From NCBI GenBank assembly GCA_032718475.1, contig JAUCBJ010000147.1, positions 1 through 64,000 of the forward strand: a DNA stretch of 64,000 nucleotides. Direction: 5' to 3'. Positions 37,601 through 49,600 of this stretch are shown piece after piece (the first letter of the stretch is position 1; each line of letters starts with the position of its first letter). Source of the DNA: Nemertoderma westbladi. Lineage: Eukaryota; Animalia; Xenacoelomorpha. Below the pieces are notes generated by a model that saw only the letters and a program-made list of their open reading frames with translations, made no database searches and was not told where the DNA came from. Made by a program: the position numbers and the translations under genes.

Positions 37601-40600
37601 CTGGATCAGTGTTCAGGTGCCATCTGTCAGCTGATAGGATCTGAATCTACTGGATCAGTGTTCAGGTGCCATCTGTCAGCTGCTCGGATCTGAATCTACT
37701 GGATGAGTGTTCAGGTGTCAGCTGATCGGATCTGAATCTACTGGATCAGTGTTCAGGTGTCAGCTGATCGGATCGGAATCCACTGGATCAATGTTCAGGT
37801 GCCATCTGTCAGCTGATCGGATCTGAATCTACTGGATCAGTGTTCAGGTGCCATCTGTCAGCTGATAGGATCTGAATCTACTGGATCAGTGTTCAGGTGC
37901 CATCTGTCAGCTGATAGGATCTGAATCTACTGGATCAGTGTTCAGGTGCCATCTGTCAGCTGATCGGATCTGAATCTACTGGATCAGTGTTCAGGTGCCA
38001 TCTGTCAGCTGATCGGATCTGAATCTACTGGATCAGTGTTCAGGTGCCATCTGTCAGCTGATAGGATCTGAATCTACTGGATCAGTGTTCAGGTGCCATC
38101 TGTCAGCTGCTCGGATCTGAATCTACTGGATGAGTGTTCAGGTGTCAGCTGATCGGATCTGAATCTACTGGATCAGTGTTCAGGTGTCAGCTGATCGGAT
38201 CGGAATCCACTGGATCAATGTTCAGGTGCCATCTGTCAGCTGATCGGATCTGAATCTACTGGATCAGTGTTCAGGTGCCATCTGTCAGCTGATCGGATCT
38301 GAATCTACTGGATCAGTGTTCAGGTGCCATCTGTCAGCTGATCGGATCTGACTCTACTGGATCAGTGTTCAGGTGCCATCTGTCAGCGGATAGGATCTGC
38401 ATCTACTGGATCAGTGTTCAGGTGCCATCTGTCAGCTGATCGGATCTGAATCTACTGGATCAGCGTTCAGGTACCATCTGTCAGCTGATCGGATCTGAAT
38501 CTACTGGAGCAGTGTTCAGGTACCATCTGTCAGCTGATAGGATCTGAATCTACTGGATCAGTGTTCAGGTGTCAGCTGATCGGATCTGAATCTACTGTAT
38601 CAGTGTTCAGGTACCATCTGTCAGCTGATCGGATCTGAATCTACTGGATCAGTGTTCAGGTGCCATTTGTCGGCTGATCGGATCTGAATCTACTCGATCA
38701 GTGTTCAGGTGCCATCTGTCAGCTGATCGGTATATTTTACCCCAACCAAGAGGGGTTTCTCAAGAAGTTAAAACTAGATGAGCGACAATAGTACGGAATT
38801 CCCAATTGAGGCATGTGTTGGGGGTCGGTGGGGGGAGGCATGGAATTCTATATAGAGATCTATATAGCATTCCATGGGGGGAGGCTTACTCTTCTTCACA
38901 TCATTGGGAAGTACATGTAGCATCGCAAACTTGCGCAAATCACGTCCTGCTTCTTAATAATGTGGTCTGAATAACGCATCAACCCATTATTAACAAACAG
39001 AAAGTGATAGATGCAAGTGTTAAAGCTTTTGCGGCAAAAATGTGTCGTTTTTGTGCAATGGGCGAACTACTCTAAACTTGGCATTGTCTTGAGGGACTGG
39101 GGAATTTATAAATTTACGCCCTCTAGCGTTTATTTTGGTACAGAGCTCTGGTCAGCAACTCCAAGCAAAAAACAGCTGCTCTAGTGATGAGCTCGCCAGC
39201 TATTGGTCAGTAATTTATCTTTATCCCGTAAGCTCTGTGTTATTTTCCGGCCAATCAGCACAATCCACATCCTTAGAACCCCTGGACCCTGGTTTTCCCT
39301 AGAAAAGATGTCGCAATCCAGCAAATTCTTCAGTTTCTGATACTCTGACATTCTGAATTTGCCCGAGACCATCTGTGGCCAGACTGCCAGAGTGTTATGA
39401 AATCGTTCATTGCTGATGTCAGTTTTCCATTTTTTGGAAAATCGAGTCTTCTAACTGACTATCTGATATCTGTCGATGAGTCAATTTGTCTGTCGGTCTG
39501 TCTGTACGTCAAAATAAATATATTATTTCGCACAAAATAGCTAAATATTTCTCTATGGGAGTTTTCGTCGTCGGGAATTTCATTTCCGATGTCGATTATT
39601 GCGGTGTAGGCTACTTTGTATTATTCGATTGATCGCTACTATATAATCTCTAACAACTATATTTACTTTCGGGGAAATATTAACAGTTCCTTTGGGACGT
39701 GGCGCTTTAAGTATAAAACAGAGTTATGACTTACACTAATCACAACAAGATAGCTATGGAATCTCGTAAATAGCGCATTCTTTAGGAGATGCTTTATTAA
39801 CCTTCACACGACTTCACACTACTTCACACTAATTCACACTAATTTGCCGACCGTCACTGATTTTGATCATATATAAGGAGGATTGCAACTGACACACGTA
39901 GGGATTATGAAATAGCATTTAATTCACACAAAAACCACTATTTTTTGAGTCACAGTTGCTACCGGTAGACCCTTCCTCCGCTTACCTCAGTAATCAAGAA
40001 AGTCGAGGGGTTTACGGTTATTTATCAGTATTCTCCAAATATAACATCCATTAATATAAACAGCAATTAACACAATATAAAACAGCATTAAAACAGTGCG
40101 GTGAACAGTCAGTATGTGTTCATGAAGTTTTAGTACAGATGACAAGTGTATGACCGTGATTATTGTGGTGTGTCCAGTTTGTTAATAGATTTACGTCCTC
40201 ATAACTCCAGCCATCAGATTTCCTTGGGCTAAAGTCTGAAACGTCCGTACTTAGTACAGAATTCTGAGAGGAATCTAATTCTCAGAAAAACGATAACTGC
40301 GTATGCGCTAGTTTCCTCAGGTAGGTCTCTACTGGCATAACTGGGAAGATTGCTCTGATTGGCTGAATAAGCTCAAACAAAGAGATCTCCACGTACACAA
40401 AGAATCAGCTGACAGATTTCGTCATCTTGGTTCTAATTTCTGTCCGACGCGTAGTTGTACAATTTTAGGGCTATTTTAGAGTATTCTGCGCATTGCGTAA
40501 AAATGACTTGTTATGTCCGCAAAAGCTTTTACACCGCTCCCAGAAAATGGGATTTAAGTCTATAAAATATAAAAAATCACAGTTTCTAAAATACAAAAAT

Positions 40601-43600
40601 ACTCTAAACTATTAGTCCTTCTTTCATGAACGGCGTTTATGAAGTTTTTTGAGACTAGTAAGAGTCTTTTTCTCTTTGGGGCGAGCCACTTTACTAGGAG
40701 GGCTATAACTCCTGGGGGAAGGGTGCAATACGATTGCATCAGAAGGTTTTGGATTACGGTCGGTGTATCCGCCGGTCGAGGTACCCGGTTGATCGATATC
40801 AACATCGGTGGAACGAGGGCGAACAACCTTTAGAGCTCGTTTCAGGATGGCAGCTCTTACTGGTCCTTGATGGGTCGTTTGCACGACAGCGGTAGGTTGA
40901 CCGTGTGTAGTGAGAAATTTCCTCGGTTTGATTGTTCTCTCTAATTCGCGTTCTCTGGCTTTATATTCATATGGTCGTCTATGAACTTCTTGTAACTCCT
41001 GATGTGAGTTTATGAACAAGTCACCGTATTCTTTCTTCCTCAAACAATACATATAAATTCCAATGGACTAATGGATTTATTAAATCCATCGAGATTATAT
41101 GGAGGTATTACGTCCTTTTCTATTCTTGAAACATTATAAGGTTTTCTGAATGAGTTTACTTTAACCAATTGATCTAAATGTTTCTGTAGTTGTTCTAGTT
41201 CAACAAGATCGAGGGGATTTATCAATGGTTGAAACTTTAAACTGTGTGTAGGATCTTCCGGTTTCACCATATAATATTGAGTTAAATTGACATAATAGGG
41301 GTGATCTTTGATCCCGTAAAATGAGTTAGGTAAAGGTCTAGCGCGTAGGTTGACCTCGTGTACCATACGACGGACAAGATCCGCTCGATTGTCCGGAGGT
41401 TCAATGAGTATACCGTCGACACGAGCACCCTCGATTGGTGGACGTTGTAACATAGGAGCGTCAGCGATAAGATCTCTAGATCTTAAGTTGATATCAACTG
41501 GTTGGGGTTGTGCTGTGGCGAAGAGTTTATCTCCGAAATGGGGAACCATCGAAGGATGAATGATGGTTTTGGAATAGAGATCAGTCATAAGGATTTGAGC
41601 TTCCGTCTGGGCTAAAGCTGCTTCTTCTCTCTCATCCATTTCGATATGTTTCTCCTCGAGCTGATTCTCCTCCGCTTGTCGTTGAAAGCGTTCGTCTAAG
41701 AACTCTTGTAGAGAGTATGTTCGTCCAAGTTCGATATCTTCCTCAAGATTCTGGATTTCCTGATCGAACTGGGGTAAAGCCAATTCTTTTACAGCTTGGA
41801 CTTGTTGTTGCAATTTACGTTTGTCTAAACAATAGTAGGTTCCTTTTCTGATCTTTTGCCGAATAGCGTCTAGCGCGTTTCGTACAACGCTTTCCTCCAC
41901 CTTGGTGACAGGTTGTATCGGAGTTAAAACCAGGACGATTATACGGGTTGAACGGAGATATTAGATGTCCGCGTCCCAATCCGGCTAGGTAGGAGGGGCG
42001 AATATCTAGAGAGCCCACAACCGGAGTCCACTGACTAATTGTTCGGGTAACACTAGGTCTTTGAACAATGAGTACAACTCAGGAGGATCCGTCATACTAT
42101 TAGGATCAAGAGTCTGAGGTCGCACCAGGGAATGAGGAGGTCTGACCGAGTATTCTGGAACTCTGATCATAGGTTTATTTAAGGATCGTTTGAGTCGAGT
42201 GAGCGTAGGTGATAGGTCGAACAAGTTACGCTCAAAACTCCCGTAAGTATGGTGAGTAAAACTGTGTTTAGCGCAACGTCTCCGCGGATGTTTATGTCTT
42301 TCCATTTGTTGATTGGGTCTAGGGCATTCATCGCAGTAATACCAAAGACGCACATCTTGTAAGGGAAACGCTGGTGATCTTTCTCCAGTTTTACAATATT
42401 CCTCCATCTGTTCATAGCTATCCGGTACAACAGGTAGCGGTTGATCGGCGGTAAGATACATCATAGTAAAATAGAGTCGTTTGAGTTCTACCATAGGGTT
42501 ATGATGTATACCTTGAGGATATCGAGTTTCTAGATTTTGTTGACTAGCTACATTGAGATAAGTTTCTCTCAAGAATTCTAAATATTCGTTGAAGTCACTA
42601 CGTTTATCCGGTTCTTCAACATCTTCTCTTTCGAGTCGGGTTCAAATAGAATTTTCATGTTCAATTCTCAGTTTATCATTCCGACTCCGCTGGGCATGAT
42701 ATTTAAATAGAATCATTTCCCTTTCGGTGTCCACATCGTCTGTATCGTGTAAATTGATAGGATGACCAGTAGTTAAGAAGTCCATATACGTACCATTACG
42801 ATGCGTATAGCGAGCGGTGAATTTTCTATAGTCCAATTTACGCTTGAGCTGTTTCTTTGACATTGGCGGTTCGATATAACAGCCATCGTCTTCCGTCGTG
42901 TGTTGACTAGCGTCGCCACTTATCAAACTATCAACAAACACTTGCAGTGGTAGGGTATATCGCTCCCTGATACCAAGATCATCTTCTATCAACTCAGTCA
43001 TAGCTGCTATATGAGTTTATCGATATTATTGTTAATAATAATAAGGCTAGTGGGTGTCATTGCCTCCCCTCTATGCCCCCGGACAGCCCTGAGATCCTCA
43101 GCGCTGATGTACTGTAGTCGCTGTGCCTCTCGCCAACGTAGTAGCTACACAACGACAACAATAACCAGCGCGAGTCACTACACTGTCCGTCCCAAGGGCT
43201 TGGATATACTGGAGGTACTTGCTACAGATGCAGGGTAACTTTCACAACTGTGACTCTCTACTGTAAACACACTTTAGTAGTAACATTCACTTATAAATAC
43301 ACAAATTCCACATTCCTGCCACAATTTGTACAAATTAGGGCCATTTGTCCTTTAGTCAAATGCCTTCCAGAATGCCACGTTATTATTATGTATCCCTAGA
43401 TACTAGCAAGGTGCTATTTATTCCGCATGCTATTCAATGGGGCAAGCTTTCTATTGTTCTTTTAACTCACTTCTAATTCCAGCGTGGTTGTTACTATGGT
43501 GACATTATGCAAAGCTAGTGGTAGAATTAGGGTATTTCTCATGCATACAGATCTGGGATGCTATTTAATAGTGACTCTTTAATTGTCAATATTCCCCTTA

Positions 43601-46600
43601 TACATGATTTTATGAATTTTATCGGCTATCGTCTGTACACTGGAGATTCTCTCACACTGATATACTTAATAGGGTGAATCTCCGCTCCCATGATCTATTA
43701 ATTAACGGAATTTTGGGAATGTTTATAAATTGTATAAAATGACAATTTGTTAAATTCATGAGAGGATATGAATTTAAAATTTTATTCCCGTGAATTTTAT
43801 TATTTGATATTAAAATAGACACAATTTTATTCCAGAACATGTCTGGGAACTAGGATCCTTAATTCCAGAATTTTGTCTTTTAAGAGTATCGGTAAGTACT
43901 ACGATATCTTAATCGACTAAAATTTTAGAGGATCTAAAGGTTTAACAGATTTGTTTATAATTTTTAGATTTAATTTGTTAGCATTTCCTCTATTTTAACA
44001 TTTGTTATAACAAACGTTGTAAATATTTATCAAATATTTAATATTTAGGATGGGCACCGATTTATTCCAGAACATGTCTGGGGACGTTAACCACTGATTC
44101 TAGAACTTTGTCGTTCAAGTATATTGGTGGGTGCCACGATATCTTAATCGACTAGAATTTCTGATGGTCAAAGTGTTTAACAGATTTATTTTGTGTTTCA
44201 ACGCTACTGTTAAATGGACATCTTTCTACTATATATATTATTTAAGATACGGTATGAGAGCAATATTGCAAGAAGCAATGTCAGTGAGAAGAGGCAAGTC
44301 ATTTCCAAGGTCTACCCAGAGCTTGGTTTAGCCGAGAAACGAGGATCTGAACTTTGCATTCCTAATACTCTACTTACCAATAATACTTAAGTATAGTAGG
44401 GGCGGTATATTGTACTGTAATAAGTACTGACATTTCATCTTACTGTAGTCACGTATTTATAGTAGGATACGGACAGTAAGGAAAGAGAAAATGAAATTAT
44501 TTCTCGAAGTTAAACAAAATATATTATACTAAGTAATTAAGTAATAAAACATGAATATATTGCACTAATCTACTGAATAATCATTAAAATATTATTCTAC
44601 TAAATAAAATTAAAGAAAACGATTATAATAATAGAAATTACATAGTAATACATACATAAATATAAAAATAAAAATAAAATAATGTAATCACACACCCACT
44701 CCGAACGTTATTACATTGGGGAGTCCCTAGATGTTTGTTGGATTAGGGAGGTGGTCGTGGGAAGAGTCTCTTGCCTTCCATAGTTACCGGACAACTCTCG
44801 GTCTCTTTCCAGTAAACATAAACGACCAACCGGGCGATTAAGTTGTTGCGTTTCGAACACAATTCCAAGTTTCTTAAAGTTACGTCGCATGACGACGAGT
44901 TCTACCGATCGCACTAAACCATCATCGGATATATGAGTCTCGATGATACGACCTGTCTGCCACCTCTTATGTGGAAGATCTGCGGGAGCATGGCTACAGG
45001 TTTCTTTTGTAGGAAATGTGCGGGTGTTAGCGCTTCTAGGGAGTCGGGACTAGATGAGACTGGCATAAGCGGTCTCTCGTTGAGATAGGCGGTGATTTCT
45101 TCCATTAACGTCCGCAAAGGTTCGTCGGTGAGATACGTGCGGCATGGCACTATAAAGTGAAATGCGGTCTTTACGCTACGTATGAGTCTCTCCCAACTTC
45201 CTCCCCACCAAGGGGCGTCGGCGGCGTTGAAGGTCCAGCTAGATGCTGTTACTCTTAGCTGATCGTCCACCTGTCTTTGGTTCCAACCCCTTACGTAAGC
45301 TTATTAGTTCGTTATTGGCGCCAATGAAATTAGTTCCGTTGTCAGATCTCATAGTGTTGCTAGTCCCAAAACGAGCGATTTGTCGGCGTAAACTCAGTAT
45401 GAAGCTGTTGGTAGATAGATCGTTCACCATATCTAGATGGATTGCTCTACAAGTCATACAGACAAAGATGACGCACCATCGCTTGACTATAGTCCTAGCA
45501 CGATATACTTCAATAGGGCCAAATAAATCCACACCAGTATTAGTAAAGGGTGGTTCATAACAGCTTACTCTTTCCCTAGGTAATTCTGCCTCTCGCTGTG
45601 TTAAAGGCCTACTAAATGCTTTCCTACAGGGTATACAGTTCCTAAGAACTTGGTTTAGAGCTCTACGGGGCTTATGGAAATAATAGCGAGTTCGAATTTC
45701 GCTAAGAACTCGTTCTCTACCAGCGTGGTAAATTTTACTATGAACATCTACAATCATCTTGATTTGTATTTCAAGATTTATAATGAGTATGGGAAACTTA
45801 GTGTCAAAGGATAATGGAGCATTGGTTAATCTCCCTCCGACACGTATTAACAAATCTATCATTGTGCTAGAGAAACGATCCCTTAAGCGCATCTGTGGAT
45901 TTCTTAACAACAGGAAATACTTATCGGAATCCTCGTAACATTGCAGGAGTCTCAGTATCTGCTTGTTGGTATCATCATGTTCTTGGTAACTGATCTTCTC
46001 AGTCAGAAACCTATCAGGCACTCTATAAGTGGGAAGGTCTTTAGTAGCATGGACCTTTTCAGCTACTACTGGAGCGGTATCATTAGCGCTCTTCGTCCTG
46101 GAATAGTGATGATGGAAACATCTTTTCAGATACACAATGGCCTTGCAGAGCCGATTCGAGGAGCTATAATGATCTATCGCTCTTTGTAGGAGAGGAGAGA
46201 GTCCTCGCGAGATGTCTGGTGTTCCAGATTTCCAGTCTCTTTCCCTGATTTCTATAACGGATTTATTTATAGTTCGGGTAACATCCATGGGTGAGTTTAG
46301 ATCCACAGTGGCGTCACCGGCGGCGTGTAGTACAGACAGATCTATTGCTGGCTTAAACAGCTTTGATTTACTCGTCCTGGTTTTTGGTTTGACTTTCTCC
46401 GCTCCCTTAGCTTGTCTGATCTCCGCCATGGTGAGATGAGGGGGCCATTCCTCCTCTTCTTTACCCAGGAAGTCGGGTCCACCTAACCAGTCTGGAGTAT
46501 CTATCAATTCTTGAGGAGTTGCTCCTCTGGAAGCGATGTCAGCTGGATTATTCGTCCTAGGGCAATGTCTTGATTGATCTATATTAGAGCGACTGAGTAT

Positions 46601-49600
46601 AATGGCTACTCTGTTGGTAACAAAGATGCTGAACTGACAGACTTCATTAGTTATATACTCCAGAACGAGTAAAGCATCAGTCCAATAGACAGTTTTCTCT
46701 AGTGGATAGTCGATCTGTTCCGTTACATTCTGGCTGATGGGTGTAGCGTATAGAGCCGCCTTTAACTCCGCTCTGGGAACTCGTAGTTTGTTGTTTATTA
46801 GGGCCTTAGAGGCGACTAATGAAACCTTAATTCCATTGGGAGTTTCAACCCTCAGGTAGGCTACTATACCTATTCCAATATCGCTGGCGTATCCAAAAAC
46901 ATGGAGTTGATAGGAATACGTGGGGAGAACGTGACCGAAATACGAGCGGGAAATCTTAAAGTTCTCGATAGATGGTAAAGAATTTTCCCATTTCATCCAC
47001 TTCTTTAGCAGTTCTCCCTTGAGTGGATCATCCCACGAGTGGTTTTCAAGCCACATTTGTTGTACTAAGCTCCGAGCAACTAGTATGACTGGGCTAATGA
47101 ATCCCAACGGATCGAAATAAGTGCTCAGGATACTTAGACAAATCCGTTTAGTTCTAACTGGATTATCTCATTGCTTCAATTGAAAGAATAGAATATCTCT
47201 CTCCATGTCCCATTTTAATCCAAGAGTCTTGGTTTCTGGAAGATTGTCCTTAATGAGGTCAAGGTCTTTAACACCTCGGTCTTCTACTGGGATCGATTCC
47301 AGGAACTCACGGGAGTTACTAGTGAATTTGGTTAGGCGAAATCCACCTCGTTGTAAGCACTCTACCATTCCCTTGGCAACATCGATTGCTTCTTCCACCG
47401 ATGGGAGAGACTTTAAATTGTCGTCCATGTAAATATCCCGTTTGATGTTGTCGATAACCGCTTTAGAGAAGGCGTCTCTATTGTCATCGGCAGTGGTACG
47501 CACTACCGAACAAGCGTTCGAGGGGCTCGAGATGATCCCGAAAGCCTGGATTGTCATCCAGTACTTTACCGGTTTTCAGTTGAGGTCTCTTTCAGACCAC
47601 CACAGAAATCGTAGGCTGTCTCGATCCCTAGCTAACGCTTTAACTTGTAGAAACATGCCTTCAATGTCCAAAGCGAAGGCGATCGAATATTGCCGCAGTC
47701 GTAGTAATATTCCCAACAAAGATTGGAGTAAGTTGGGTCCCGGCAACAGTTCCGAATTTAGGGATTGTCCCATATAAAGGGCAGAGCCGTCAAACACTAC
47801 CCGGACTTCGTTTGGTTTACCGGGCTTGGGAACGTAATGATGTGTCAAATAATACGTTCTCTCCGTTATGGATGTTTCTTCCGGAACTCGCTCCGCGTAT
47901 CCCTTGTCTATAAACTTCTTTAATTGAGTTTTATACATTTCCTTGGCTCGATCGTTGGCCGTCAAACGCCGATGCAGTTGGGCGATTATTTTTTCCGCTA
48001 AAGGTCGGTTATTCACGAAACTGGGTTCTCTCTGTCTGAACGGCAGACCAATTCCATAACGACCTTCATCTTTCAGATAACGGGTGGTCGTTTCCTGAAT
48101 CTGCTTGGCTCTCTCTTCCTCGACGGATAACGCTTTGTCGTAGGAATTAGGCTCTACGGCTTCTTGAGTAAAGAATCGTACGGCGTATTCATCGCATACC
48201 TTACTATTGTACCGCTCTACCACTTCACTTAGTTCGTCGTCATAAGTCAATTGTTCGCTATTTTGACTGATAAAGTTACACAAGTTAACTTGGTTTAACC
48301 AAGTTTGATTCTCAGTGAGGAGTTCAATGGTATTTTCCTCGTCATATAAATTATGTATATCATCGTTATCTGAGGAGTATAAGGGTTTCCTCAGCTGGGA
48401 TTTCTTCTTCACTTATATCTTCCTCCCATTCATTTACCTGATGGACTTGCTCGCTCGGGAGTCTTTCTTGTAAAGTGCTGTGGGAAGGTCCAGTGAAGTA
48501 CCAACCTACTCTTGTTCTTCCCGCGTAAGTCTGGCGTGGTCGCGGTCGAGCAGGCCATTTTTCTATTGTCTCAAGCGCCTTGTGCGCATTTTGGCCGAGT
48601 AATATCTGTACCCCTGGACAGTCGGTACTGAATCTAGGTATTTTGTATTGCTGGGTAAAATGATCTTCATCCCAGTTGTAAGGCTCCACTTGGCTCCACT
48701 TGGCCAAAGTTCTTTATCGCCACCATCTTAACTGACCTTACACTATTTTCACCTAGTTCATCCTGGGGAGTGGACAACGAACCCACGTAGTAATCAGTTG
48801 CTACCGTGGATTTCCAAACTTGCATAATTCCGGAAAGGTTCAGTTTGGTTCGGAACTTTGGTTGACCAACAAAGATATCTTCGGCTAGGTCTTTGTCTAT
48901 AAAGGTGCCTGTACTGCCAGAGTCAAGGAGGGCATTCATTATTAAGCTCTTCCCTCATTCCATGTACCCTCAGTTGCACCACGGGAAACTCTCGGATACC
49001 GACAGATGATGTTGGCGATTTCCATGAGAGCTGTCAATCCGGAATAGACAGCCAGGGTTCTTCTCCCTCCGTTTCGGTCTCATATGTAAGTGCTCGATAT
49101 ACGGTTGTGTTGATCATATAACAGGATTCATTTTCGTCTGAAAATTCATCAGTGTAGAATCCTTCCATCTCCAAACTGTGGTCAGTATCGTATTGTTCAA
49201 TCGTGTAGTTCGGGCTCACTTACCTGACTCGTCCGGGTCTTATCAAATTCGGTGTGCAACAAAATATGATGTTTCGCGCCGCACTTAGCACACTTCGCGT
49301 CTGAGTAACAGGTTCTTCGTTGATGTGCTCGCCTGAGGCAGTTATAGAGCACAACCATTTATCCCACATGACATCACGTCTATCCTTTAATGTTTTCTTT
49401 AAGAATTCTTCACACCCACTCAAGCGATGTTGCCCATCGCACAATACACACTTAGGTTTGATGTTACTTACCTTAACCTGCGTCGTATTTTGTACGCTAG
49501 CTCTTTCTTCGGGCTTCCTTCCATGAATTCTCTTAGGAGACGTAGTGGGAGTTGTTACCTGTTCTCTCTTGCCACTGGTTCGAGACTTAGATTTACTTAC

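Larger units (their letters stand above)
24984..39771 (+). repeat. Segmental tandem duplication, copy 2
   Basis: See copy 1; continues uninterrupted into the full LTR at 39772. Confidence 0.97.

Noticed and set aside
40624-43001. Calling the extra ORF env
   Set aside because: No visible signal peptide, hydrophobic transmembrane anchor or fusion-peptide-like segment in the reconstructed protein.
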